Positions 26,601 through 41,400 of a DNA stretch of 53,142 bases are shown piece by piece. The stretch is from Octopus bimaculoides. Lineage: Eukaryota. The position numbers were made by a program, and so were the translations under genes. A model generated the notes under the pieces. It was not told where the DNA came from. It ran no database searches and saw nothing but the letters and a program-made list of their open reading frames with translations. Numbering within the stretch: position 1 is the first letter of the stretch; every line of letters starts with the position of its first letter. The stretch is taken from NCBI RefSeq assembly GCF_001194135.2, contig NC_069005.1, positions 19,000,095 to 19,053,236 of the forward strand, in the 5' to 3' direction.

Positions 26601-29600
26601 TCCACAGTTAGGGAGTGGCACTTCCACACATAGCTGTCCTCATTCATATGTAACACATGACCATACCAGTACAGTCATCTCTCTTGCACACCACATTTGA
26701 TGCTTCTTATGCCCAACTTTTCTCTCAAGATACTTACACTCTGTTGTGTATGCACACTGACATTACACGTCCAGCAGATCATAGTAGCTTCATTTCTTTC
26801 AAGCCTATGCATGTCCTCAGCAGTCATAGCCCATGTTTCATTGCAGTGTAGCANNNNNNNNNNNNNNNNNNNNNNNNNNNNNNNNNNNNNNNNNNNNNNN
26901 NNNNNNNNNNNNNNNNNNNNNNNNNNNNNNNNNNNNNNNNNNNNNNNNNNNNNNNNNNNNNNNNNNNNNNNNNNNNNNNNNNNNNNNNNNNNNNNNNNNN
27001 NNNNNNNNNNNNNNNNNNNNNNNNNNNNNNNNNNNNNNNNNNNNNNNNNNNNNNNNNNNNNNNNNNNNNNNNNNNNNNNNNNNNNNNNNNNNNNNNNNNN
27101 NNNNNNNNNNNNNNNNNNNNNNNNNNNNNNNNNNNNNNNNNNNNNNNNNNNNNNNNNNNNNNNNNNNNNNNNNNNNNNNNNNNNNNNNNNNNNNNNNNNN
27201 NNNNNNNNNNNNNNNNNNNNNNNNNNNNNNNNNNNNNNNNNNNNNNNNNNNNNNNNNNNNNNNNNNNNNNNNNNNNNNNNNNNNNNNNNNNNNNNNNNNN
27301 NNNNNNNNNNNNNNNNNNNNNNNNNNNNNNNNNNNNNNNNNNNNNNNNNNNNNNNNNNNNNNNNNNNNNNNNNNNNNNNNNNNNNNNNNNNNNNNNNNNN
27401 NTCTACTCAGAATTCTTCACTATACTCGTTGCCAACCCTTGCCTTACTGACAGCTTCCTTGTACAGGGCTTGTACAGCTCTTACCAACCACTCGTCTATC
27501 CCCAGTTTCTGCATTGACCACCAGATAAGGGATTGGGGGACCCTGTCAAAGGCTTTCTCCAAGTCAATAAAAGCCAAGTACAGAAGTTTATCTTTGGCTA
27601 GGTATTTCTCCTGCAGTTGCCTTACCAGAAATATAGCATCAGTGGTGCTTCTGCCTGACACAAAACCAAACTGCATCTCATCTAGGTAAACTCTCTCCCT
27701 AATTAGTTGGGCTATGACCCTCTCTGTAACTTTTATACTTGATCCAATAATTTGATACCCCTGTAGTTATTTCTATCTAAAGCATCACCTTTCCCCTTGT
27801 AGCAGTTGACTATGGTGCTGCTACACCAGTCATTGGGTATGACTCCTTCATGAACTACCTGATTACAATGTGGGTGACCAGACCATAACCTACACCGCCC
27901 GATATTTTAATCATCTCAGCTGTGATTTCTGATGAGCCAGGGGCTTTCCCTGTCTTCATATCCTTAATTGCTTTTAAATATTTTTCAGCAACAGCCATTT
28001 GTGGGCACCTCATCGAGTGGAATACAATTAATTCTCGTCAGATTTTTTTAATACTCCAGGTATATGATGAACATTTCAATCAACCAATCAAGTTGTCAGA
28101 TTCCGAGGGTGGGGCATGCAAACATAAACATATCAGTAGAATTACAATAATACCACCAACAAAAACAGAGACAAATATATAACAAAACTGATCACATTTG
28201 AATGGTAGTTAAATAAAAATATATATATATATAAGAAGTTGGAATCAACTTTTGCCAAACAGTGGATGAAATGCAACAAGAAAAATAAATAAGATAAATT
28301 AAAATAAATAAATCACAAGAGATATTTAGAACATTCTGTTGACTATTTATGACTTTAGTTAGTTTATTTAAGTTATCTCTTATCTTCATTATTCATTACT
28401 AAGTTCTCCCAGCCAGTATTGTTTCATGTGACATGTCAGCTTTCTCTCATTTATCTGTATCTAAATTTACTATTTTTTCTTTACAATTTTTAATCTATTT
28501 ATCTCATCACCTATCCTTACAAACTAGCAATTCTATACATATATTGATATATACGTTAATTCCTCTTCTCTTAACACCAATTATTGTCCAGTCTACTTCA
28601 ACCCAACTACCTTATATGCTGGCTACCCACTCCCAAAAAGCATTCACTACTAAAAAAATACTATCTTGCTTGAGCTGTACTTTCCAGCAAATATGAAGTT
28701 TATCTCTAATTTACATTATGATATAATAAATATTAAAATATCTATGCTTATTTGCGAGAAAGATATATAAGTATATAAAGATAAATCATCCAGGTGAGTA
28801 CCATAAGAACTCCCAAGTATTGTCCAGGTTCCAGCTAACTACATCGAATGGTAAGAAGCATTCCACTGTAATTTTGCTGATGGATAAATCTGGGTCTATT
28901 TCACTGAATTATGAATATTTCCAAGAGTATAAATCCAAATCTATTACAAAGAATATGGAGACTGGTATATCTTCGAATTTTTCTTTTAATTTTACAGTTT
29001 AACTAATTATGCTGTACAATTAATAGTTTTGTGTATGTACATATATATATATATATATATATACATATATAAAAAATCAAAATAAGTAACACGGATTTTA
29101 AAGATGATTGCAGTATGCATGTTTCATGCTACTCCATTTATGTAAGTAATGCGAGCATTACATTAAATGCAATATGTAGAGCAATCTTCAGCTGCACAAG
29201 AATGTAGAATAGACATATTATAATTGTGGCAACATTTAAAATCCAAGTGGGAAGAAGGATACATAAAAATCCATCTTGACATAGCCAAAGCTAGCAAGCT
29301 AGTAATTAATTCTAGGTAGAATTCTGTCTCTGATTTTATTGTCTCTTATCTAGTGGTTATAGTATAAGGGGCAATCACTTCTAAGGAAAGGGAAGGTGTA
29401 AGCATTATACATGGATATGGTTATAAAGGTTTCTCTGGTCAGAGTGGCAACACTATTTTAGGTTGGGTTTTTTTTACTGCTATCANNNNNNNNNNNNNNN
29501 NNNNNNNNNNNNNNNNNNNNNNNNNNNNNNNNNNNNNNNNNNNNNNNNNNNNNNNNNNNNNNNNNNNNNNNNNNNNNNNNNNNNNNNNNNNNNNNNNNNN

Positions 29601-30409
29601 NNNNNNNNNNNNNNNNNNNNNNNNNNNNNNNNNNNNNNNNNNNNNNNNNNNNNNNNNNNNNNNNNNNNNNNNNNNNNNNNNNNNNNNNNNNNNNNNNNTG
29701 AGCATTTAGGTCAACAGTGCTTTATCTTTAGTCTGAATAAAGCATCAGTATTGTTTTACATATACTAAGTATGGGAAATTTATAGATATCAATATTAGCT
29801 TAATTAATATGTTAATAAAAAGAAGTATGTTAATAATAAAATTGTTAATAATAAAAATGTAATTAGTTTATACAAAAACCCTGAAGTAGATAAGGTGAGG
29901 GTAGGTGGGAGATATTGGGCTCAGAAAACTATTTTGAATTATTTTTAAAAATTATTTTAAAAATTTAAGCTATAAATAAAAAGTATTCCACAACAACAAA
30001 AAGAACTACCAATTATAATAATAATATTATTCTGGGAAATAACAGTAATCAAAGTATACAATATATTCACTCACACAATAAATTTAAGAGGAAAAATAAA
30101 AACTCTATCTGGTTAAATATCCCTTTCAACTGTGCTATATCCACGAATATTTACAAAAAATTTATGAATATTTTACAAAAAAATTTCCCTTCTTCCCACA
30201 GATATAGTAGAATTTTTTCTTGTCATACAGTCCGAATTTCTTACTCTACCCTTCCTAATGTAGGTACAATCATAGCTAGGTTAAACAGAAAGAACATTAG
30301 GTTAGCTAGAATCAATGAAGTTAAGAAATTATATGATTATAAATAATAATCTAACAAATGCCAATAGTAATATTGCTAATAATTATATAAGTAGAAGTAG
30401 AAATAACAG

Positions 30410-30442
<33 letters not shown>

Positions 30443-33400
30443 NNNNNNNNNNNNNNNNNNNNNNNNNNNNNNNNNNNNNNNNNNNNNNNNNNNNNNNNNN
30501 NNNNNNNNNNNNNNNNNNNNNNNNNNNNNNNNNNNNNNNNNNAGAGAGAGAGAGGTTTTGGTATTCAGAAGACCCAAAAGACAGGTAAGGCTATGTAAGT
30601 GCTTCGGAAGGACCACTGTTAGACTCCCGGTTTGATAATAGTATGAGTGAGGAGTCTAACACAGATTGTGTGTGAGCGTATAGATGTTAAATAAAAGGAG
30701 ACAACAAAACCAAGACAGTGTGAAATTTCTAAGACACCTATAAAGAGAAAGGTAGTCTTACAGCTGTTTCAGGGATATAAAGGATATCCCATCATCAGAG
30801 ACGATACGAGAGAGTTAAATAGAAGGAAATAGTAGAGTTCAATATAAGAAGTTATTTTGGAAATGGAGAGGTATGAGAATAAAAATAAAAATATATGTTG
30901 GATGTTGCAGTTTCAGTTCCACTACAAGACCCCTTTGAATGGACAGCACATGGAAGTAATATCTGCACACTATCCATTTGTAATAAGAAAATATGAACTC
31001 CCGTCAGAATTTACATACCATGGACAAGAAACCTCTTTACCCATTCTGTACAGCACATTCCTTGGATAATGGAACTGCAACTGTACCATCCAACATATAT
31101 TTTTATTCTCATATCTCAACCTTTCCAAAATAACTTCTTATATTAAACTCCATTTCCTTCTAGTTAACTCTCGCATATCATGTCTGATGATGCAATATCC
31201 ATTATATCTCTGAAACAGCTGTAAGACTACCTTTCTCTTTATAAATGTCTTAGAAATTTCACACTGCTTTGGCTTCGTTGTCTCATTTTATTTAACACAC
31301 ACACACACATATATATATATGAGAGGGTGCTGAAAAATTCCCGGCTTTGGGTAAAAGAAAATCCATATTGTTGCTATTATGCAAAAGTGTTGTAAGTCCA
31401 AAGTGTTGCTTTTTAAGAAAAGGAAAAAATAGTTTCACCATTCCATAGCAAAACTGCTCACTTTGACATTTTTGATATCTTGGCATCTGAAGCAGCTGGA
31501 GATACGATAGTTTGACCAAAAGAACCGGCTATTGCAAGCAAAAATAAATATTGAAAAGAACACATTTGGCCAAATTTAGACATACGACAGTTTAACATAA
31601 TAGCAGTGATATGATTTTATTCAACATATTTCCCTCTCAGATTCACCCCCTTATTGCAGCGGTCCTTCAGTTTTTCTCTCTCCATTTTCTAAAATGGAGA
31701 GAGAATGAGAAGAAAAGAGAGGATGTATGAGACAGAGAGAGAGATCAACATAAATGAAAGAGGAAAAGGATAAGAGATGAGGAGGGGAGAGAGGAAAAGC
31801 AAAAGAGTGAGAAAAAGGAAATAAAGAGAGAGAGAGAAGAGAAAAGAACGGAGGGATCATACCTTTATTGATAGCTGCATCTAAGTGCACTGGGACCGCA
31901 AAGACATAGTCAGTTCTGTATGTGTATCGTACTTTGCCTGATGCCACACACTTCACTTTTTCTTCCACCTTATACTTGAAACAGTCGGTAGCTTTTGGTA
32001 AATGTGGTCCCTGGCGCTGTAAAATCAATTAAAATTGATTATTAACTTTAATAATAAAGGTCATGCACAGTTTCATCTTGATATGAGATCACCATGTTGT
32101 ACATATATGGTTGTGATGCATGTGCCTGGTGTACCCTTATCAGACGAGTAGTCATGATGGGTATAATGGGCTTCATACATTTGTACCCCTGTGTCACTTT
32201 GATGGCATGTGCTGCTCTCTCGCTCAATAATAATAATTCTTTCTATTAAAGGCACAAGACCTGAAATTTTGGGGAAATGGGCTAATTGATTACATTGGCC
32301 TCAGTGCACAACTGGTACTTATTTCATTGACCCTGAAAGGAAGAAAGACAAAGTTGACCACAGTGGAATTGGAAATTAATTAGAGTATTGGACAAAATGC
32401 CAAGTGGTATTTCTTTCAGTTTTTCACATTCTAACAATTCTGCCAACTTGATGATGATGATAATAATAATAAAAAGAATAATAATAATAATCCTTTCTTC
32501 AATAGGCACAAGGCCTGAAATTTTGGAGGTGGGACTAGTCAATTACATCGACCCCAGTACTTGACTGGTACTTTATTTTATGAACCCCGAAAAGATGAAT
32601 GACATTTAAACTCAGAATGTAAAGCTGGAAGAAATGCCTCTAAGCATTTTGTCTGCCATCTTACTGCCTTAATGATAATAATAATAATATTGGTTTAAAA
32701 TTTTTGCACAAGGCCAGCGATTAGGATTGAGGGACAAAGTTGACTAAATTGACTCCAGTGTTCAACTGGTACTTATATTATTGACCCCAAAAGGATGAAA
32801 GGCAAAGTTGACTATGGCAGAATTTGAACCCAGAATGTAAAAACAGATGAAATACTGCTAAGCATTTTGCCTGGCGTGCCAACAGTTCTGCCAGCTCGCT
32901 ACCTATTTCTAACATAGGCACATGACAAATTTCAGTCAAAAATATCACCCCCAAATATTTAACAGATATGTGTGTTATCAACAACAAAAGGATGAAAGGT
33001 AAAGTTGACCACAGCAGGATTTGAACTCAGAACATAAAGGGTTTTTTATGAAATACTGTGAGGCTCTAATATTTCTGCAATTCCATTGTCCTTAATAGTA
33101 AATGGCTCTAGCAGAGCACAAAACCTGGAAATTGAAGAAGTGGAGTTAGTCTACTATATCGACCCCAGTATTTCACTGGTACTTTATTGCACCAGTAAGG
33201 TTGAAAGGCAAAGCTGACCTCAGCAGGATTTGAAATCAGAACATAAAGAGTCAGAAAAATACCTCAAGGAATTTGCCTAACACTGTAATGATTTTAAGGG
33301 CAATCCATGGCCCTTGAAATTAGTATTAATACTGGTTTTAACATAGGCAGAAGACCACAGAATAAGGAGTTGGAGCAGTTGATATCCCACCTGCTCCCTT

Positions 33401-34053
33401 GCCTGTCCTTTGTTTGCGTCTGCAGGTTGACTACTACAACAACAACAACAGCCAATCACAAGTCGATGAGGGAGCTTCTACATGGTTGCTCAGTTAGAAA
33501 TAACAGTCAAACCTCCCCCTATTTTGACCCAACCATTTTTAAAAGGGATAATGATATATGCATTACTCTTTCACCTTTACTTGTTTCAGTCATTGCGTTG
33601 TGGCCATGTTGGAGCACTGTCTCATAGGATTCGTCAAAGAGATTGATCCCAGTACTTATTTTAAGCCTGGTACTTATTCTATCAATCTCTTTTGCAGAAC
33701 TGCTAGGTTACAGGAATGTAAACAAACCATTACCAGTTGTCAAGCAGTAAGGAGACAAACACAAATACAAAACACACATCCACACATACGGTGGGTTTCC
33801 ACAATATTTCCATCTACCAAATTCACTCATAAGACACTTGCCAGAAGTGCCGTACAATGGAACTGAACCCCAAAACCATGTAACTGCAAAGCAAACTTCT
33901 TAACCACCCAGCCACATCTCTTCCTGAGCATTAGATAATATTGCCTTATATATGCAATGCCAAAGGAAAGGATGGAAGTGTCCTTAGTTGGAACACATAT
34001 TAGTCATAGATCTATTCCATCACAATTAAAAATAACTGCTGCTGCTGCTGCTG

Positions 34054-34114
<61 letters not shown>

Positions 34115-36864
34115 AAATCAAGCAGTGCAAGAACAAGCACAATAATCAATACCTACCTCAATGAAATTGATGAGGTGGAGGAAATATTCTTCAGCATCTT
34201 GTTGGCGCTTGGAAGAAAACTCCGGATGACCTCTGCCAACCAGTGTCTTGAACATCTGTGGTCGGATTCCTTTAGGTGGCTGTCAACATAGAATAAATAG
34301 CAATAAACAAATAAAACAAACAAATATATAAAAGCAATCATCTCTTTCTCTATTTCTAAATTTTGCAGACAATTTTTAATGTATGCGTTGATATAGAGTA
34401 TAGTGTAAACATTCACACACCATCACTATCTTTCCAAATCCTGCTGCATTTCACATTGAAGTTTTCGACCCCTAAAGTCATTTTGGTGTATAAATCAACC
34501 TACCTTTTTTTTGGGAGCTATAAATTATAGTGTCAAAAATTTGACCTGTATACCAGAAAATACAGTAGGTCTATGTTTGTTCATTTTACACCTGTTTTGC
34601 CATACTTGCAAGGGACGGACAAGTATGCTATTTAAGGCATTGTTTTATGGATGGAAATCTTTCCTGATGCTAAACCTTATCTATATTTTTTTTTTTTAAG
34701 GTCACTTATTTCATACATTTTCAAAGGTACAATCAGCCCAATTTGTTAACAGCAGAAATTGACAACACCACTAACCACTGAGATCACATGATGAGGAAGT
34801 GAACTGCTTGATTACACAGCCATGCCTCTACCTGTATATATATATATATACACCATATGTACATATACAAATACATGTACATANNNNNNNNNNACATTCA
34901 TATATGCACACACATACATAGATGCACACACATACATAGATGCACACACATACATAGATGCACACACATACATAGATGCACACACATACATACATAGATG
35001 TACACACAATATCTTTTATATTTTACTTGTTTCAGTCATTAGACAGCGACCATGCAGGGGCACCACCTTGAGGAAGTTTTAGTCGAATAAATCGACTCCA
35101 ATATTTTTTTTTAAGCCTGGTACTTATTCTATTGGTCTCTTTTACCGAACCACTAAGTTACAGGGATGTAAACACACCAATACTAGTTGTCAGGTGGTGG
35201 TGAGAAACAAACATCGACACAACAACACACACACACACACACACATGCACAACAGGCTTCTTTCAGTTTTTGTCTACCAAATCCACTCATAAGGCTTTGG
35301 TCAGCCTGAGGGTATAATACAAGACAGTTGCCCAATGTGTCACACAGTGGGACTGAACCCAGAACCATGTGGTTGAGAAGCAAGCTTCTTACCACATAGC
35401 CATGCCTGTGCTTATATATACACATACACAAAAAACACAGGCACACATACAGACTTACCCATTTATGTAAATATACACATACACACACAACAGAAAAACA
35501 GATAGAGATACTAAATTACTGATATGATACTCACCGGCATATATTCTTCATCTATCTCTGTCTCATTTGGTGGTTTAGAATATTCACCAGAAAGAAGACC
35601 ATGAGCTAACTTGGCCCTGAGAGAGCAAGGGAGAGAGAGATGATAAAATAAAATGGATAAGGTATATATAGAGCTAGACATAAGAAAATAGTAAAATACT
35701 TTGTACATGTAGAAGAAATTAGAAGATGAATTCTTAGCTGGCTCCAGTATTGTTCAGATTCTCCAAAATAACAAGCATATGCACAAAATGTCATAACAAC
35801 CTGCTAGAGATATAAGCTAAATTTCCCTCAAACCACACCCTATGTCTTAAAACAGGAAGGACACAGACTACATTGCATTATGTCATTCTAGATACGCTCC
35901 CTGTCTGAATAGAAAGACAGGAGGATCACAACTAAAACCCCTTTGATCATGAGTCTGCCTGATCAGGACTGACTGACACTGGCTCAAAATTCTCTGCAGC
36001 TAAATATCAGATTATTGTGATATTTAGTTGCAAAGGATGCAATAGTTAGCCACCAAAAAAAAAAAGAAAAAAAAACTATGCCAAAATAACAAGACAAGAG
36101 GCTAACATTTAAGTGCAGACTTGCAATGAATACACTGAAACAACTGGGTACACCATTTGTGGCTGCTGAGTCCTTGCAAAGGTGGAGTGTCTCCTGAGAG
36201 ACAACTGAGACATCAGTCATGTCACTCAGGCAATATGCAGACCTGCCAACATATAGATTGAGAAGTAGCATGTATCAAATGCCATATTCGATGCATGTCT
36301 CCATTGACAAGGTGATCAAGGGGAGCTATCCAAATATATTTATCAGGGACTACTCTGTAATCCTTAATAGTTATATCTCTGTACTCTGATAGAGATCTCG
36401 AGCCATTCTTATCAAAATCACTGACCAGAAGAAGGTCAAGAAACTGTTGAAGTACATGACACGAAAATAACTGAGATGCAGAACATAAAAGGGAAAAATG
36501 ATACAAATAACAATTGGAACCGTAGGTATATAAAGCAAAACCACTTTTGGTATAACAGTTAGCATATCTGACATGTTCACAGATGTAGTTTCAAATATTG
36601 TCACAGGAACAGCAGATTTTGAGGGGAAGGGGAAGTCAATTACAATGACCCCCAGTACTTGACTGGTACTTTATTTCATTGAGTCAAAAAGAAAAACAGT
36701 AAAACTGACCTCAGCAAAATTTCAACTCAGAACATAAAGATGGAAGAAATGCCGCTAAGCATTTTGTCCAGTGTGCTAACGATTCTACCAGCTCATCATT
36801 GTAATAATAATAATAATAATTAAACAAATAAATAATAATAATAATAATAAAATAAATAAATAAA

Positions 36865-36909
<45 letters not shown>

Positions 36910-38390
36910 TAAATAAATAAATAATAATAATAATAATAATAATTAAATAAATAAATAATAATAATAATAATAATTAAATAAATAAATAATAATCCTGTTT
37001 ACTATAAGCACAAGGCCTGAAATTTGAGGGAGGGGGATAGTTGATTACATCAACCTCAGTGCTCAACTGCTAGAAATTTTAGTGACCCCGAAAGGATGAG
37101 AGGCAAAGTTGATCCCAGTGACATTTGAACTGAAAATGAAAAGACGAATGAAATGCTACTAAGTATTTTGTTCAGCATGCTAACAATTCTACCAGCTTGC
37201 CACCTTAATAATAATGATCCTTTCTATTATATGCACAAAGCCTGAAATTTAGGGGGAGGGGGATAGTTGATTACATCGACTCCAGTATTCAACTGGTACT
37301 TAATTTATCGACCCCGAAAGGATGAAAGGCAAAGTCAACCTCAGCAGAATTTGAACTCAGAACATAGTGACAGGCAAAATACCGCTAAGCATTTCATCCA
37401 GTATGCTTCCTGGCTTAATAATTATAATAATCCTTTCTACTGAAGGCACAAGGCCTGATATTTTGGGGGAGGATGGACAAAATGCCACTAAGCATTTTGC
37501 CCAGCATGCTAGTGATTCTCCCAACTTGATGTCTAATAACAACAACAATAATAATAATAATAATCCTTNNNNNNNNNNGTTTCATTGGTACTTAATTTAT
37601 CAACCCCAAAAGGATGAAAGACAACGTCAACCTCACCAGAATTTGAACTCAGAACGTAGCAACAGGCAAAATACTGCTGAGCGTTTCGTCCAGCAGAATA
37701 ACGATTCTGCCAGCTGACTACCCTAACAATAATAATGATGGTCACTCCCATCCATTTTGATGTTTGAGAGTTTGAAGGTGAAGATTTAAAGAGGAAAAAG
37801 AAGTAAGAAAAGAAAAAAAACTTTAAAAACGAAAGAACAAAAGAAGTTGCATCTATTTGTGATGGATGCGTGAATGTAATTTGAGTTCAAGGATGGATTG
37901 TCGAGTGTCAAACATAAAAGTTATTCCTGTTGTCATCAGAGCACTGGGTTCAATACCACCCAACCCGAAGAAACTTCTGGAAACTTTAGAAATACCTAGG
38001 TGTATTAAAAGAATTGGCTTTACTTGGAACTCCATGTATACTGCATAAAGTAGTCTGTCTGAGGTCTCTGTTGTGACTTGACAGACAGTACAAACCCCCA
38101 GTACACACAATACCTTCAATCTACAACATCACAATATTGGATACTGTGCAATTTCTTCAATAATAATAATAATAATGGTTTCAAATTTTGCCACAAGGGC
38201 AGCAATTTAGGAGGAAGGAATGAGTCAATTACATTGACCCCAGTGTTCAACTGGTACTTATTTTATCGACCCCGAAAGGATGAAAGGTAAAGTCAACCTC
38301 GACGGAATTTGAACTGAGAACATAGTGACAGGCAAAATACCATTAAGCATTTCATCCAGCGTGCTAGCGATTCTGCCAACTTGCCGCCGC

Positions 38391-38422
<32 letters not shown>

Positions 38423-41400
38423 CAACTTACATTTGAACATTGAAGTCAGAGGTCGGATTAACTGGAGCACCAGCAAAGATGGCATCTCTACAATCAAAGT
38501 ATCTGGGGGGAAAAAAAAGAGAGAAAAGTGTGGGTTGGAGTGACAGAGAGAGAATGGTGATTGCAAGTAAATGAGAATTAGAGAGAGAAAAGAAGAGAGG
38601 GTTGAAGAAAATAGATTATTATTATCATTACTGTGTATACTTTTATGTAAGTTGCAAGCTCTTTGAGTTAATAATATTGTGGTTTCAGCCTTTGACCCAT
38701 ACACAAACCACATGCTGCGTTTTGGTGAAAACTGCTTGCTACTTCACCCTTTAGTATTTAAACCAGCCCAAATATTTTATTCTTTTATATTCAAAGCAAC
38801 TAGGCCTGGCCTCTAACAATCCCCGTACAATGTCACTCTAAAAATAGTCAACATCATTGAAATCTCAGAGCTACAAGATAATACAGTGATGATGACATCA
38901 CATCTACTGTTGATGACTTTTCTGACCAACAAGATGAAAGCTTCTTCACCAATGGGATCCATGCACTGCAACACTGATAGAAGAAGTGTGTAGACTGCAT
39001 GGGAGATTATATTGAAAAAGAGACCTCATTTGGTCCCATTCCATGAGAGTATCTTAGTCAGCCTACAAACTTTTCAGCCAACCATCATAGTCACAGACCA
39101 CAGAACAGGTAATGACTGGTTTACATGGTACTAGTAGCATGAAAACCAGTAATTATATTTCAATTCCCAACTATATGGTTTTGAGTTCAGTTTCACTGTG
39201 CAGCACCTTGGGCAAGTGTCTTCTACTACAGCCTCTGACCAACCAAAGCCTTATGAATGAATTTGGTAGGTGGAAATTCCATCATGCGTATGTGTGTGTG
39301 AAAGTGCTTGTGCCTTCTTTGATAGGAAGGAAAATATCACTATATCAACCGGGTTATAGGGTGTTTTTATATACCACTTGTAATACTGTGCTTCCTTTCA
39401 TTGCTATAGCTTTCAAATGATGGCACCCTACTAGTTAGACAGTCAAGGCCGACATTTCCTCTGAACAGAATGTCTGTCCATTGCAGGATTACCAATTTAC
39501 AGCTGAGTGGACTGGAGCAATATGAAATGAAGTGTTTTGCTCAAAGACACAGTGCACCACCCAGTTCAGAAATTGAGACCGCAATCTTATGATCATAAAT
39601 GCCACACCCTAACCACTAGGCCATGTGTGTGTATATAACTCGCTCAGAGATTTATTATTGATTAAATATGCATTATTATATTTTTTCCTTGCTTTTTCCA
39701 AAATAAATGAGTTGTCTAAGGGAATTAATTAAAGGTGCATTATTATCTCCCTATTATTGGTTTTATATTTATGAAATTGTAAAGTTACATATGGATGAAA
39801 TTGTAGTTATTCTGTAGGTTCAAGTGGAACCTCGTTTGTGAAATAGAAGAAGAGATTCATGAAAATAATTACACAAGAATGAAAGTAAATTGTGAAGTTG
39901 CATGAGGATGAAATTATAGTTATTATGAAGGTGTAAGTTAACTAAATTTGAAGCTTAATTAGTCAAATGAAAAAGAAACCCATGAAAACAATTGGATAAG
40001 AATGAAAGTAAATTGTAAGGCAACATAAGGAAAATTAGCTGAGTTTAAAATTCAGTCAGGAATCAGTTTTGTTCTGTCCTGTAAAATAAGTAATATTTCA
40101 ACTCTATCCTTATGAAACGCAAAGTTTGTTTGTTTGTATATTGACTGCTGAAAACACTAAATAAAATTGATAATATTTCAGGTTTTTCGTATCATTTAAA
40201 TTAATTTGACCATTCCACAGATAACAGTACATTTATTTCCTGAAAATGAAATTGGAGTGTTGATTTCTATTTCTAGCACTTTGCATACTGTGTATTTGAC
40301 CATATGCTTGTTACACATATGGCATATCTACAAAAGAGTGCCCCACTGAATTTGTTTCATCACTTTAGGGACAATAGGTATTTTAAAATAAAATTTTCTA
40401 GAGATATCCTTGTAATGGTGTAGATTCAACCTATATCAGAATTTGTGGTGAAAGCAGAATTGTTTGAGTTTTCCCAAACTGGTCTCTCAATTTATGGAAA
40501 ATGTTTTCCGATATAATTGGAATCTATCAACTTTCTTTTGTCCTGTAAAGTAAGTAATATTTATAGGAATATAAAGTAATACAGCTTATTACAGTTATAC
40601 ACATGCACACGCATACGTTATTATCTCTGTCCTTATAAAAAGCAAAATTTGTCTGTTTTCACATGACCAGACTTTTTTGCCTCATAACTTTCAGGAAAAT
40701 GGGTATGTTGTAATGAAAGTTTATATAAATACCTTTCAAACAGGATAGAGTATGATTATAAAGAAATTTGTGGGAAAAATTTTTCCAAGGGTGGGGGAGG
40801 GTCAATAAAATGGAGTTTCAGATGAGGAAGATCACATAAGTTGGAATTTGTCCGTTTTGACTGTTATTTTCCCATTTGTTTTTTACCACAGCCTTAGAAA
40901 TGATCGGGGTGGGGGCATCTTTTTATGAAAAAAAAGTTTTGAAAGTTTATAATTTTTCCACTTCCCTTCCCCCTCACCATCGCACTCCAGGCTGATTATA
41001 GCCAATATTTTNNNNNNNNNNNNNNNNNNNNNNNNNNNNNNNNNNNNNNNNNNNNNNNNNNNNNNNNNNNNNNNNNNNNNNNNNNNNNNNNNNNNNNNNN
41101 NNNNNNNNNNNNNNNNNNNNNNNNNNNNNNNNNNNNNNNNNNNNNNNNNNNNNNNNNNNNNNNNNNNNNNNNNNNNNNNNNNNNNNNNNNNNNNNNNNNN
41201 NNNNNNNNNNNNNNNNNNNNNNNNNNNNNNNNNNNNNNNNNNNNNNNNNNNNNNNNNNNNNNNNNNNNNNNNNNNNNNNNNNNNNNNNNNNNNNNNNNNN
41301 NNNNNNNNNNNNNNNNNNNNNNNNNNNNNNNNNNNNNNNNNNNNNNNNNNNNNNNNNNNNNNNNNNNNNNNNNNNNNNNNNNNNNNNNNNNNNNNNNNNN

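Noticed and set aside
28380-29020. AT-rich unique-looking block, possibly more Penelope ORF
   Set aside because: No frame gave a motif I could recognise.
30840-30930. KIYVG peptide suggesting a GIY-YIG motif in the inverted-repeat arm
   Set aside because: Flanking residues do not fit and frames are broken; too short to support.
31462-31495. 34-nt AG..GT candidate with the right phases for the missing USP5 exon ([12 protein letters not shown])
   Set aside because: No similarity to the expected E/K-rich helix, too short, and it lies within a mariner-like remnant.
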